Below, one piece after another: positions 36,515-46,309 of a stretch of 64,000 bases of DNA; the first letter of the stretch is position 1, and every line of letters begins with the position of its first letter. The position numbers and the translations under genes are program-made. The stretch is taken from contig QMRC01000001.1 in NCBI GenBank assembly GCA_003649205.1, positions 1 through 64,000 on the forward strand. The letters run 5' to 3'. This DNA is from Thermoprotei archaeon. Lineage in GTDB: Archaea > Thermoproteota > Thermoprotei > Thermoproteales > B15-G16. A model generated the notes under the pieces. The model was not told the DNA's origin. It made no database searches and saw nothing but the letters and a program-made list of their open reading frames with translations.

Positions 36515-37368
36515 CTAATATCCTCCTCACGAATTTCACTAAGGGCAAATACAGGGCCATCCAGACAGACGTACTTACCGTTAGATAGCATGCAGTGACC
36601 ACACTTACCAATACCACACTGCATCTTCCACTCAAGTGAGAGGTAGATCCTATTCCTACTGATGCCTAGCGACAGTAGCTTCGGTATTGATACCCTCATC
36701 ATTATTGGTGGACCACAGACACAAGCAACAGTATGTGGTCCTCTTGGTGTAGGTACCTTATCGAGTAGCTGTGTAACAACACCAACAAATCCTCTCCAAG
36801 TTTCATCAGGTTTATCAACTGTTAAGTACACGTCAATGTACTTACTCCAGTAATCTAGGTCATACCTTCTGGGTATTAGTCTTGGTTCTCTACTACCGTA
36901 GAGGAGTACTACATCTCTAAACTCGTGTCTGTGCTCACAAATGTAGTGTAGGAGGCTCGACACAGCGAAGAGTCCTGTACCACCTGCTAGTACTATAACA
37001 TTCATGTCGTAGAAGTTCTCAATTGGAAAACCCTTACCTAGTGGTGCTCTCACACCAACGATGTCTCCAGGTTTTAGTGCGTGTATTGCTCTCGTAACAG
37101 TTCCAACAGCTCTCACTGAGACCTCAAAGTGCTCACTACTCCTAGATGGTGAGGAAGCTATTGCGAAGGGCGCCTCACCATAGCCAAATACTGAAACCTC
37201 AGCGAATTGACCTGGTCTAAAGCTAAATCTTCTCTGCTCTTCTTCATCGATGTACCTTAGCTTGAGAGTCTTGATATCTGGAGTCTCCTCAATTACATCT
37301 AGCACCTTAGCTAGCTTAGGTACGTAAGGACTTAAGAACTTCAATACCAACCACCTCACTAAGTACAT
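36511..37368 (-). CDS. hydG: Hydrogenase gamma subunit (FAD/NAD(P), 2Fe-2S)
   Basis: PGQF, GEAPF, AGGTG, CGPP, MQCGIGKCGHC, CLDGPVF. Confidence 0.92.
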   Translation of the reverse strand: MYLVRWLVLKFLSPYVPKLAKVLDVIEETPDIKTLKLRYIDEEEQRRFSFRPGQFAEVSVFGYGEAPFAIASSPSRSSEHFEVSVRAVGTVTRAIHALKPGDIVGVRAPLGKGFPIENFYDMNVIVLAGGTGLFAVSSLLHYICEHRHEFRDVVLLYGSREPRLIPRRYDLDYWSKYIDVYLTVDKPDETWRGFVGVVTQLLDKVPTPRGPHTVACVCGPPIMMRVSIPKLLSLGISRNRIYLSLEWKMQCGIGKCGHCMLSNGKYVCLDGPVFALSEIREEDIR

Positions 37369-38347
37369 CTAGTGGAGATATTGCTGCTGGGCACACAATA
37401 GCACACCTACTACAACCAACACAACCAAATACACCGTACTTCCTCCACATGAATACGAACTTATGGTAGTACCTATGCTTAAACCTCTCAGTAGGATCAG
37501 CTCTAGCTACTCTACCACCTGCAACCATTGTGAAGTACCTGAAGATACAGGGATCCCACTTCCTAACTCTAGTACACTTGAAGGGTACTAACGACAGTAC
37601 TCTATCCTCAATCTCAAAGCAGTGACAAGTTGGGCAGACAGCTAGACAGGAACCACAAATCATGCACTTCTCTGCGAACTTACTCCACACATCAGCACCG
37701 TACTTCTGATCAAGAATACGCACAAGCTCTTCAGCAGCTTTTGGATTAGGACCTGTAGACTCCACTATTGTCTCCTCAATAACTTCCTTCTCAATACCAT
37801 CAATGACCTCTCTACCTCTAGCACTACCTACCTTAACTAAGTACTCACCCTCTCTAGGCACTATCCATAGATCGTACGTACCGTACCACGGCTTATCACA
37901 CGCTAGTACATCGCAGAAGCACTTATCACTTGGCTTCTCTGCACAGCTCAGAACTATTATGAGGGCACGTCGTCTCCGCTCAAGGTAGTGTACATCTCTT
38001 GGTTCGGTACTGTGTACACTATCTAAGACTGCTATAGCATTGCAGTCACATGGATGTATGCAGAAGAACGCATTCTTTCTCTCATCTATTACTGGTGTAA
38101 CTCTTTCGATCTCGTATGGTGTGGGTCCTTCACATGTGAAGAGTGGTTCTTCATTTGGTTGTAGGAAGTACCTTGGTGATGGGTACACTATACCTGCATC
38201 TAAAGTAACATCTCTACCTGTTGTTACCTCTGTCATAACTGTTCCCTGAGGTTCCTCTATTGTCGGTGCTATGACTATGTAGCCCTTGCTAACTAGGTCA
38301 TCAACTAATCTACGTAGGTTACCCTCTCTAACCCTATAGACCTTCAT
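37316..38347 (-). CDS. hydB: Hydrogenase beta subunit (4Fe-4S)
   Basis: HPCD, CFC, CMICGSCLAVCPTCHC, CVGCSRCAIVCP. Confidence 0.9.
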   Translation of the reverse strand: MKVYRVREGNLRRLVDDLVSKGYIVIAPTIEEPQGTVMTEVTTGRDVTLDAGIVYPSPRYFLQPNEEPLFTCEGPTPYEIERVTPVIDERKNAFFCIHPCDCNAIAVLDSVHSTEPRDVHYLERRRRALIIVLSCAEKPSDKCFCDVLACDKPWYGTYDLWIVPREGEYLVKVGSARGREVIDGIEKEVIEETIVESTGPNPKAAEELVRILDQKYGADVWSKFAEKCMICGSCLAVCPTCHCFEIEDRVLSLVPFKCTRVRKWDPCIFRYFTMVAGGRVARADPTERFKHRYYHKFVFMWRKYGVFGCVGCSRCAIVCPAAISPLDVLSEVVGIEVLKSLRT

Positions 38348-38529
38348 GGTGTGTCGAAACTCCTTTTCCGTAGCTCTTGAGATTACTGGGGGCTATACTG
38401 GGTAATGGTATTTATCAATTATAGTCGTCCATGATAACCTCGTAGCTGTGGTATTGTCTTGGAAGTTGCTCTAGGGGGTAAACCCATGAAGTAGTGTAAT
38501 ATTGTTGTGTGGTATCTCTGTTGTGAACT

Positions 38530-41073
38530 ATGTCGAGGCTCAAGATATATCTCCTCGGTCATAGCCACATAGATGTTGCTTGGCTATGGTCCACTAATGA
38601 GACTAAGGTTGTCTGTCATGATACATTTCTCAACGTCATTAAGCTTATGGAGAGGTTCCCTGATTTCAAGTATGCTCAGAGCACAGCGCTGTACTATAGG
38701 TGGATTGAAGAGCAGTACCCTGAACTACTTGAGAGGATTAGGAAGTTGATTAATAGAGGTCAGTGGGAGGTTGTTGGTGGTTCTTGGGTTGAATGTGATT
38801 GTATTGTCGTCTCTGGTGAGTCGTTAGTCAGACAGTTCGTCTATGGTAAGAAGTACCTTAGAGAGAAGCTCGGTGTAGACGTTGAGGTTGCTTGGTTTCC
38901 TGATTCCTTCGGATTTCCATCTATATTACCTCAGATACTTAAGAAGTGTGGTATTAAGTACTTCTTCACACAGAAGCTCAACTGGAACGACATTGTCCTC
39001 TACCCCTACAATGCGTTTTGGTGGGAAAGCAGTGATGGTTCTAGAGTCCTCGTATACAATCCACTGCTGTGGTTTTGGACTAGGTTGTGGGATATGGATC
39101 TCTGGCGTACATTCATTAACTTATCACTTGCAAGGCAGGAACTTAGTGAGCTACTACTACTGTACGGCTATGGTGATCATGGTGGTGGCCCTACTAGCGA
39201 TATGGTTCAGTACGTACTTGAGAAACTACCTTCAGAACTGAGTAAGCTTGGTGTTGTTGAGACTTCTCACATTCGAGCAATCGACTACTTCCGCATGCTG
39301 GAAGAGAGCTACGGTGCAACTCTACCCACCTATAGAGGTGAGCTATATCTTCAGTTCCATAGAGGAGTATTTTCTTCTCAAGTTAAGGTAAAGGAGTTAA
39401 TTAAGAGATGCGAGTACTTACTTGAGGTTCTCGAGAAGTTATACACCATTAGGTACCTCGTAACGAATAGGGTCTACAGTAGGGAGGAGGTTCAGAAACT
39501 CTGGTTAGAGCTGTTGACTGCGCAGTTCCATGATGTTGCATCCGGTACTCTATCTGAAACTCCGTACTGGGAATTTAGGAGATCTCTGGAGCATCTTGAA
39601 AAGGAGCTTCACAATAAGGTTTGTGAAGTATTGCTCGAGTTAGTTGCTAGATCTCTGAAGTCAGGTAATGTAACTACTCTCGTGGTATTCAATCCAGTAC
39701 CTAGGTGTAGGAGAGTTTACGTATACGTACCCTCAGGATACGGTCTTCAATCAGTAAGAGATATCGTGAGTAGTGAAGCTCTAGATCTAGTTGCTGTAGA
39801 TGTGCATGGGTTTGAGATTGCTGCTATTCCACTTACAGAGCTGAGGAACCTAGATGTCCACACTGATCTACGAGTTATGGAAAATGAGAGGGAGGTTGCT
39901 CTCGAAAATAGCTACGTTAGAATCACCGTAGATAGGCTTAGTGGTAGAGTTAAGCAGCTCTATAGCAAGGTACTAGGTTTTGAGTACTTAGCTGGTAGAG
40001 GTATTAGGTTGGAGCTATATGACGATAAACCTACCTTGGGTAGAGCTACCATTGGTACTGTCGAGAAGTTCGTGGATTACTACTACGATTGCTGGGAGGT
40101 CTATGCTCTTCAGAGTACTGATGGTGTGAAGTTTGTAGAGCTAAATAATCCACTTAGAGTGGAGGTTATTGAGAGAGGTCCTCTAAGAGCTACTGTCTTG
40201 GTGGAGTACGAGTACCGTGATGAGTCTGGTAACGAAGCACACGTAAGGCACTACATAAGGCTCTACAGCAATGAGCCATGGATAGAAGGGGTTCTCGATA
40301 TTGATTGGAAGTGTTGCCACAAGATGCTTAAGCTGTGTCTTGACCTAAGCTTCTGGTCTGAGTACGTTAGAGTTGGTGAGCCATACGGATCGGTATTGAG
40401 GAGGAATCCAGCTTCACCATACTCAACACTATACGATAGAGCTAAGTGGGAAGCACCATTCAACACGTGGATTGACTATAGTGATGGTGAGAAGGGACTA
40501 GCAGTAATCTGTGGTACCAGATTCAGCTATGATCTGATGGTACAAACCCTCAGATTGACCATATTGAGAGCACCTCGATATCCACCAGATGGATGGAGAA
40601 CACCATGGACTAAGGAGGTACTTGAGGCACAGAAGGTAGTTGAGCAAGAGAGGCACATAGTTACGTACTACCTGTACCCACATAGAGGTAACTACGAAGA
40701 AGGGGAAGTACCTACAGTAGCTGAAAACCTAACAAAAGAACCAATCACATACCTATACCCAGGAACAGGGAAGGCTCTCAGGCTTACTACACTCAAAGTA
40801 GAACCCACCATGATACAGGTACCTGCACTAAAGCTCTCCGAAAGCAGAGACACGATTACAGTTAGACTAGTCAATCCCTACGAGCATGAAATTGATGTAG
40901 AGATCGAGCTCCTAAACCACGACATCGCATTAGTAAATGCTAGAGAACTCAATCTACTTGAAGAACCAATAGAAGAAATCAAGGACCTAGCAAGAGATAG
41001 AGTACGTACAACGCTCATCAAGCATGAGATCAAGACGATTGAATTAGAGGTACAGCATAAGGAAAGAACCTAA
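38530..41073 (+). CDS. GH38 alpha-mannosidase
   Basis: HSHIDVAWLW, WFPDSFG, GYGDHGGGP, GELYLQFHRG, QFHD. Confidence 0.95.
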   Translation: MSRLKIYLLGHSHIDVAWLWSTNETKVVCHDTFLNVIKLMERFPDFKYAQSTALYYRWIEEQYPELLERIRKLINRGQWEVVGGSWVECDCIVVSGESLVRQFVYGKKYLREKLGVDVEVAWFPDSFGFPSILPQILKKCGIKYFFTQKLNWNDIVLYPYNAFWWESSDGSRVLVYNPLLWFWTRLWDMDLWRTFINLSLARQELSELLLLYGYGDHGGGPTSDMVQYVLEKLPSELSKLGVVETSHIRAIDYFRMLEESYGATLPTYRGELYLQFHRGVFSSQVKVKELIKRCEYLLEVLEKLYTIRYLVTNRVYSREEVQKLWLELLTAQFHDVASGTLSETPYWEFRRSLEHLEKELHNKVCEVLLELVARSLKSGNVTTLVVFNPVPRCRRVYVYVPSGYGLQSVRDIVSSEALDLVAVDVHGFEIAAIPLTELRNLDVHTDLRVMENEREVALENSYVRITVDRLSGRVKQLYSKVLGFEYLAGRGIRLELYDDKPTLGRATIGTVEKFVDYYYDCWEVYALQSTDGVKFVELNNPLRVEVIERGPLRATVLVEYEYRDESGNEAHVRHYIRLYSNEPWIEGVLDIDWKCCHKMLKLCLDLSFWSEYVRVGEPYGSVLRRNPASPYSTLYDRAKWEAPFNTWIDYSDGEKGLAVICGTRFSYDLMVQTLRLTILRAPRYPPDGWRTPWTKEVLEAQKVVEQERHIVTYYLYPHRGNYEEGEVPTVAENLTKEPITYLYPGTGKALRLTTLKVEPTMIQVPALKLSESRDTITVRLVNPYEHEIDVEIELLNHDIALVNARELNLLEEPIEEIKDLARDRVRTTLIKHEIKTIELEVQHKERT

Positions 41074-41137
41074 GAGCAAAGTTTATTAGATTAAACATGA
41101 CTCGGTTAGGTAGATCAAGCTTATGGGGTAGACAGGT

Positions 41138-41329
41138 ATGCCAAGCCATGGATCACTAACAAAGGCGGGAAAGGTGAGGAACGCAACACCCAAGATACCA
41201 CCGAAACCAAAGAAGAATCTAAGTCCAAGGAGGAGAAACAAACGCAACTACAAGAGGAGAATAGTAGTACCAACAGCACTGGGTACAGGACCAACGACGG
41301 CGGGAACAGTGATGCCTGCAAGATCTTAA
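41138..41329 (+). CDS. rps30e: 30S ribosomal protein S30e
   Basis: [19 protein letters not shown]. Confidence 0.97.
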   Translation: MPSHGSLTKAGKVRNATPKIPPKPKKNLSPRRRNKRNYKRRIVVPTALGTGPTTAGTVMPARS

Positions 41330-41353
41330 GCACGCCACTTTTCCTCCCTCAAT

Positions 41354-42460
41354 TCAGTACCTAAACCTCCGATATCTAATGGATAGGTACAGTACTACGG
41401 CAGCGAGGCAAAATACAACTACTGAAATTAGCAAGACATTATTCACATCTGAACTCACTCCTACGGTTAAGAGCACGATGAAACCAGCAATGCCATAGGC
41501 ACAGTAGTACCTAGACATGGCAATAGCCTGATTCACAGCTCCATAAACTCTGGAGAGTAAGGTAAATGCAGATACCTCGAAGAACGTACTTAGAGGGATA
41601 AGCCATAGCAGTAGAGCTGCTAGAGGGTAGGTATACCAGATTACGAGAGTTACAGCTGTTAGAGCGAGGTAGCTAAGTATCGTGAGTTCGAGTACGTACG
41701 CAGAACCATACCTATCAACGAAGTAACCAGCAATAGGCCTCACAATGCTTAAGAGCAGAGGTGGAAGACCTGAGTAAACTACGCAGTACAGTACTGGATC
41801 CGGTACAATGTACCTAAGTATCCTAGCATAACCACACCACAGCAACTCACTACCAGCAAGACCAAGCACCAGTACTAGAGTTAACTCACCACGTAAAGCA
41901 ACAACACTACGTAGAGTACATCTGGAGTAACGTACCCTAACTCTCTTAGTCGCGTAGAGTAGCAGTAGAGACGCTATTAAATTGAGCACTGTAATCAGCA
42001 TCACAGTACCCTGAAAACCAAGTAGTCTCAGCAAGAAACCACCAATGAAACCAGCAATAGAGTACCCTAGCACGTAGCTCACAGTTACCTTAGCGTAAAT
42101 AAGTCCGCGACCACCAGATAGGTGGAAGCATATAGCGAAGCATGTAGCGAACAAAACAACTCCACCTAGAGAGGCAGGTGCAGCGAACAAGTAACCGTAC
42201 TCAATACCTATAGCTAACAACCCTACCTCAAATACCTGTAGAATTGAAACCAATCCCAGAAACCAGTACCCTAGCTTCTCACCGAGGTAACATATCACTG
42301 GTGTAATGACTAGCGGTATTAATTCAGCTACTGAGTACCTTAGTATAAGCGTCATTGAGTTAGCTAAGTACCTAGTTAGGAAGAAGTAGAGAGACCATGA
42401 AGATGACGATAGTAGTAGCGAGATGGCTAGTATGGCGTAGATACTTCTCACCAACTTCAT
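41354..42460 (-). CDS. MFS-like transporter
   Basis: About 11-12 TM helices; GYFVDRYG motif A. Confidence 0.75.
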   Translation of the reverse strand: MKLVRSIYAILAISLLLSSSSWSLYFFLTRYLANSMTLILRYSVAELIPLVITPVICYLGEKLGYWFLGLVSILQVFEVGLLAIGIEYGYLFAAPASLGGVVLFATCFAICFHLSGGRGLIYAKVTVSYVLGYSIAGFIGGFLLRLLGFQGTVMLITVLNLIASLLLLYATKRVRVRYSRCTLRSVVALRGELTLVLVLGLAGSELLWCGYARILRYIVPDPVLYCVVYSGLPPLLLSIVRPIAGYFVDRYGSAYVLELTILSYLALTAVTLVIWYTYPLAALLLWLIPLSTFFEVSAFTLLSRVYGAVNQAIAMSRYYCAYGIAGFIVLLTVGVSSDVNNVLLISVVVFCLAAVVLYLSIRYRRFRY

Positions 42461-42489
42461 GATTTCCCGAACATGTCACGTGTATCGAC

Positions 42490-43179
42490 TTATGAACATT
42501 GCCTATAGTCTTCACTCGCTCTCGCTCTAGCATATGGGCAGAGAGTGAGTAGTGGGCAATTACTGCACTGTGGATCTCTTGCTCTGCAAATCTCTCTACC
42601 AAACTCTATGAGTGCTAGATGCGCTCTAGCCATTAGTAGGTAGTCTCCACCAATAGCTTCCTCTAGAATCCTCCTTGTTTGTTCATAGCTTCCATCCGAT
42701 ACACCTAGCCTACGACATATCCTAGCTATGTGGGTATCCACTGGCATTACAGGTCTCTTAGCGTAGAAGAGAAGCACTATATCGGCAGTTTTCTTACCGA
42801 CACCTGGTAACTCCATTAGCAACTTCCTAGCTACATCCGTAGGTAGGTCCTTGATGAAGTCTAATCTACCTCCAAATCTTTCAACAACCACCTTAGATAA
42901 CTCAACTATATTTCTTGCACGAATGTACTGCATACCTGCTGGTTTAACAGCCTCAGCCACTTCCTCAACACTAGCTCTTGCTAGGTAATTTGGTACTAAT
43001 TTGAACTTCGACGTTAAGTTCCTAAATGCTCTTTCTGCATTCCTAGCTGTGGTATTTTGAGATAGTATTGCCTCTATCAAGAGCTCAAATACGTCATCAC
43101 TGAACTCAGGTTCTGGAGAGTACATAGCTAGTACTGTCCTTACCAGCTTCCTTGCCTTATCTACAACCTCCTCACTCAT
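42490..43179 (-). CDS. nth: Endonuclease III (HhH-GPD, 4Fe-4S)
   Basis: ILSQNT, LPGVGKKTA, PVDTH, C-x6-C-x2-C-x5-C. Confidence 0.92.
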   Translation of the reverse strand: MSEEVVDKARKLVRTVLAMYSPEPEFSDDVFELLIEAILSQNTTARNAERAFRNLTSKFKLVPNYLARASVEEVAEAVKPAGMQYIRARNIVELSKVVVERFGGRLDFIKDLPTDVARKLLMELPGVGKKTADIVLLFYAKRPVMPVDTHIARICRRLGVSDGSYEQTRRILEEAIGGDYLLMARAHLALIEFGREICRARDPQCSNCPLLTLCPYARARASEDYRQCS

Positions 43180-43271
43180 CGAGCAACTTCACCTCACAAC
43201 CTCACTTCACCTATGTACAACATAGGGTAATACCTAAGTTCTATGTGTTCCTTAAGTCTGTGGGTTAGAGC

Positions 43272-43820
43272 ATGCTACGTGAGTACTTAATACTGAGTCG
43301 TGGTGGTCAAGGTGGTGTCACTGCCTCTAGGATACTAGCTCATGCTGCTGCTATAGAGGGTAAGTACTCACAGGCTATGCCTGAGTTCGGTGCTGAGAGG
43401 AGGGGTGCTATTGTTAGAAGTTACCTCAGGATATCTGATAAACCAATTAGAGTGCACTCAGTGGTTAAGAGAGCTGATGCTGTTGCGGTTTTCAGTTCTA
43501 AGGTCCTCAATTTAGTTGATGTAGCTAAGTACTGTAAGGAAGGAGCAGCCGTAATAGTTAACTCAGCAACCGAGAGGAGAGTTAGCACATTTAAGACGTA
43601 CGTAATCAATGCCACTAAGATAGCTACTGACCTAGGTCTCGTCGTAGCTGGGTGGCCTGTCGTGAATACAGCCATGGCGGGAGCTATGGCGAGAGTACTC
43701 GAAATATGTTCGTTGGATACTCTGTTAACCGTAATGGAGAATTACTTCAGTGGCAAGATCTTAGAATTGAACCGTGAAGCAGCTAAGCTAGCTTGGTCTA
43801 GCGTTAGGGAGGTTGGTTAA
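43272..43820 (+). CDS. porC: 2-oxoacid:ferredoxin oxidoreductase gamma subunit
   Basis: RGGQGGVTA, FGAERRGA, VNTAMAG. Confidence 0.92.
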   Translation: MLREYLILSRGGQGGVTASRILAHAAAIEGKYSQAMPEFGAERRGAIVRSYLRISDKPIRVHSVVKRADAVAVFSSKVLNLVDVAKYCKEGAAVIVNSATERRVSTFKTYVINATKIATDLGLVVAGWPVVNTAMAGAMARVLEICSLDTLLTVMENYFSGKILELNREAAKLAWSSVREVG

Positions 43821-44124
43821 TGTAATGACTAGTGAAGTACCTATTGATGTGAGTAGGGAAATAGCTAGAGTAAATGAGCTACTTCTCTCAAAACCTTCAC
43901 CAGGTGCAGCGGGTAGGACAGGTACATGGAGACTTATGAAACCTGTACTCGATAGTAGTAAGTGTGTTAAGTGTGGTCTCTGTTGGCTCTACTGTCCTGA
44001 TGAAGTTATTGAATGGAGTCCAGGAACTGAACCAAGAATAGACTACGACTACTGTAAGGGTTGTGGTATCTGTGCTAGTGTTTGTCCAAAGGGTGCTATT
44101 ACCATGGTGATAGAGGGTGAGTAG
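43813..44124 (+). CDS. porD: 2-oxoacid:ferredoxin oxidoreductase delta subunit
   Basis: TGTWR, two CxxCxxCxxxCP motifs. Confidence 0.92.
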   Translation: MVNVMTSEVPIDVSREIARVNELLLSKPSPGAAGRTGTWRLMKPVLDSSKCVKCGLCWLYCPDEVIEWSPGTEPRIDYDYCKGCGICASVCPKGAITMVIEGE

Positions 44125-44126
44125 CT

Positions 44127-45305
44127 ATGAGGAAGGTACTTACAGGTAACTATGCTGTTGCTGAAGCTGTTAAGCTAGCTAGAGCAAAGGTCATAGCAGC
44201 TTACCCGATAACACCACAGACAACAATCGTTGAGAAGCTTGCTGAGATGATTGAGAGAGGTGAGCTAGATGCTGAGTACATCAGAGTTGAGTCAGAGCAC
44301 TCAGCACTAGCGGCTATCTACGGAGCTGCGCTAGGTGGTGCTAGGGTCTTCACAGCTACTTCTAGCCATGGTTTGCTGTACATGTACGAGATGTTGTGGT
44401 GGGTTGCCTACGGTAGGGTACCACTTGTGATGGCGGTTGTAACGAGGGCTATTGGGCCTCCGTGGAATATACACTCAGATCACCAAGACATACTTACTGT
44501 CAGGGATTCAGGTTGGTTAATTGCTATGGCTGAGAACGTACAGGAGGCATTTGATTTGACGTTACAAGCCTTTAAGATTAGTGAGGATGAGAGAGCTCTC
44601 CTACCGGTGGTGATTGGTTTAGATGCGTTCACAGTTAGTCACACAGCTGAACCTGTTGAGGTTCCTGAACAGAAGGTCGTTGATGATTGGTTACCACCTA
44701 GGAGACCTCTACCGTATGTACTTGAGCCTGGTAAGGTATTTGCTGTTGGTAATCTAGGTCCTGATGAGGTGTCTATGGAGCTTAGGTGGTTGATGTGGAG
44801 AGCTATGGAGAGGAGTAGGGAGGTTATTAGGGAGGTTGATAGAGAGTTCGGTAAGGTATTTGGTAGGTCTTATGGTGGTCTCGTTGAGTGTTATAGGACT
44901 GAGAGTGCGAAGTACATTGTCGTTACTTGGGGTGCTTGGTCAGGTGATGTTAAGGAAGCAGTTGATATTCTTCGTGAGAAAGGTGTTGATATTGGTTTGG
45001 TTAGGATTAGGTTCGTGAGGCCATTCCCTGTTGAGGAACTGAGAGCTGTGTGCTCGTCAGCTAGGGCTGTCTTGGTGGTTGATAGAGCTGTTTCGCTTGG
45101 CTTGAGGGGTGTGCTGGGTATTGAGGTTGAAGCTGTACTAGGGTCTAAGGTACCGATCAAGAACGTTATTGCTGGTCTCGGTGGTGTTGATGTTGGGTAT
45201 GATGACTTCGTTAGGATAATGGAGGGTTTTGTTCATGAATTTGAGAGTGGACTTACGGATCGTTGGGTAAAGTCAAGTTGGTACATGCCGTGGATAAAAG
45301 GATAG
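44127..45305 (+). CDS. porA: 2-oxoacid:ferredoxin oxidoreductase alpha subunit
   Basis: AYPITPQT, ESEHSA, TATSSHGL. Confidence 0.94.
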   Translation: MRKVLTGNYAVAEAVKLARAKVIAAYPITPQTTIVEKLAEMIERGELDAEYIRVESEHSALAAIYGAALGGARVFTATSSHGLLYMYEMLWWVAYGRVPLVMAVVTRAIGPPWNIHSDHQDILTVRDSGWLIAMAENVQEAFDLTLQAFKISEDERALLPVVIGLDAFTVSHTAEPVEVPEQKVVDDWLPPRRPLPYVLEPGKVFAVGNLGPDEVSMELRWLMWRAMERSREVIREVDREFGKVFGRSYGGLVECYRTESAKYIVVTWGAWSGDVKEAVDILREKGVDIGLVRIRFVRPFPVEELRAVCSSARAVLVVDRAVSLGLRGVLGIEVEAVLGSKVPIKNVIAGLGGVDVGYDDFVRIMEGFVHEFESGLTDRWVKSSWYMPWIKG

Positions 45306-46222
45306 GAGGTGAGTCTCGTCTGTCCCTTGCTGAGTTAGTCAAGGGTCCGAAGGGAGTTCTTCCTGGTAATCCTGCTTGTATGGGTTGTCCACATAATCTA
45401 GGACTTAAGATACTTGGTAGGGTTCTCGGTGATAGAGCTATATTGGTTGTGCCTGCTGGTTGTACATCGATTATCTCTGGCGTATATCCTAGGGAAGGAA
45501 TTAACATGCCGATAGTTCACGTGCCATTTGCCTCAGCTGCTGCTGTTGCATCTGGTCTTTCAAGGGCTCTCAAGATAGCTGGTAAGGATGGTATTGTTGT
45601 TGTTTGGTCTGGTGATGGTGGTGCAGCTGACATTGGTTTCGCTACATTAAGCGGTGCAGCTGTTAGGGATGAGAATATCCTTGTCATTGTGAGTGATAAC
45701 GAGGCATACATGAATACTGGCATCCAGGCAAGTGGAACAACATTTTGGAGAGCGAGAACAACGACGACACCTATCTATGGCAAGACTGAGGAGCGCAAGG
45801 ACCTAGCATTGATAATGCTAGTGCATAGAGTACCGTACGTAGCTACAGCTAGTGTAGGTTACCCTCTTGACTTTGCCCAGAAACTGAAGAGAGCGGCATC
45901 CATTAGAGGATTTAAATTCATTCATCTACATAGCCCGTGTCCACCTGGTTGGAGGTTTGACCCCAGCAAGACTATTGAGGTAGCTAAACTAGCTGTTGAA
46001 ACAGGGGCATGGATTCTCTGGGAGTACTGCAGTGGAAAGTTCACGATAAGTCCACTCAGTAGACCGTACATGGATAAGGCACGGAGGAAGCCAATTAAGG
46101 AATACCTAAGACTTCAAGGTCGTTTCGCACACTTAACTGATCGAGATATTGAGGAAATTGAGCGTAAAGTAGATGAGCAGTGTAGGTTCTTCCTTGAGCT
46201 AGAGAAGATTCTCAGTAAGTAG
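45263..46222 (+). CDS. porB: 2-oxoacid:ferredoxin oxidoreductase beta subunit (true start possibly CTG 45320)
   Basis: ACMGC, GDGG TPP motif, DNEAYMNTGIQ, SPCPPGW. Confidence 0.93.
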   Translation: MGKVKLVHAVDKRIGGESRLSLAELVKGPKGVLPGNPACMGCPHNLGLKILGRVLGDRAILVVPAGCTSIISGVYPREGINMPIVHVPFASAAAVASGLSRALKIAGKDGIVVVWSGDGGAADIGFATLSGAAVRDENILVIVSDNEAYMNTGIQASGTTFWRARTTTTPIYGKTEERKDLALIMLVHRVPYVATASVGYPLDFAQKLKRAASIRGFKFIHLHSPCPPGWRFDPSKTIEVAKLAVETGAWILWEYCSGKFTISPLSRPYMDKARRKPIKEYLRLQGRFAHLTDRDIEEIERKVDEQCRFFLELEKILSK

Positions 46223-46309
46223 TTCTTTACAATTAAGTGCTTCACTGGTGTGGAGTTACAGTAATTAATTAGGTTCTCGCCCCTTCTTACAGTTCGTGGT
46301 GTTTTTCCT

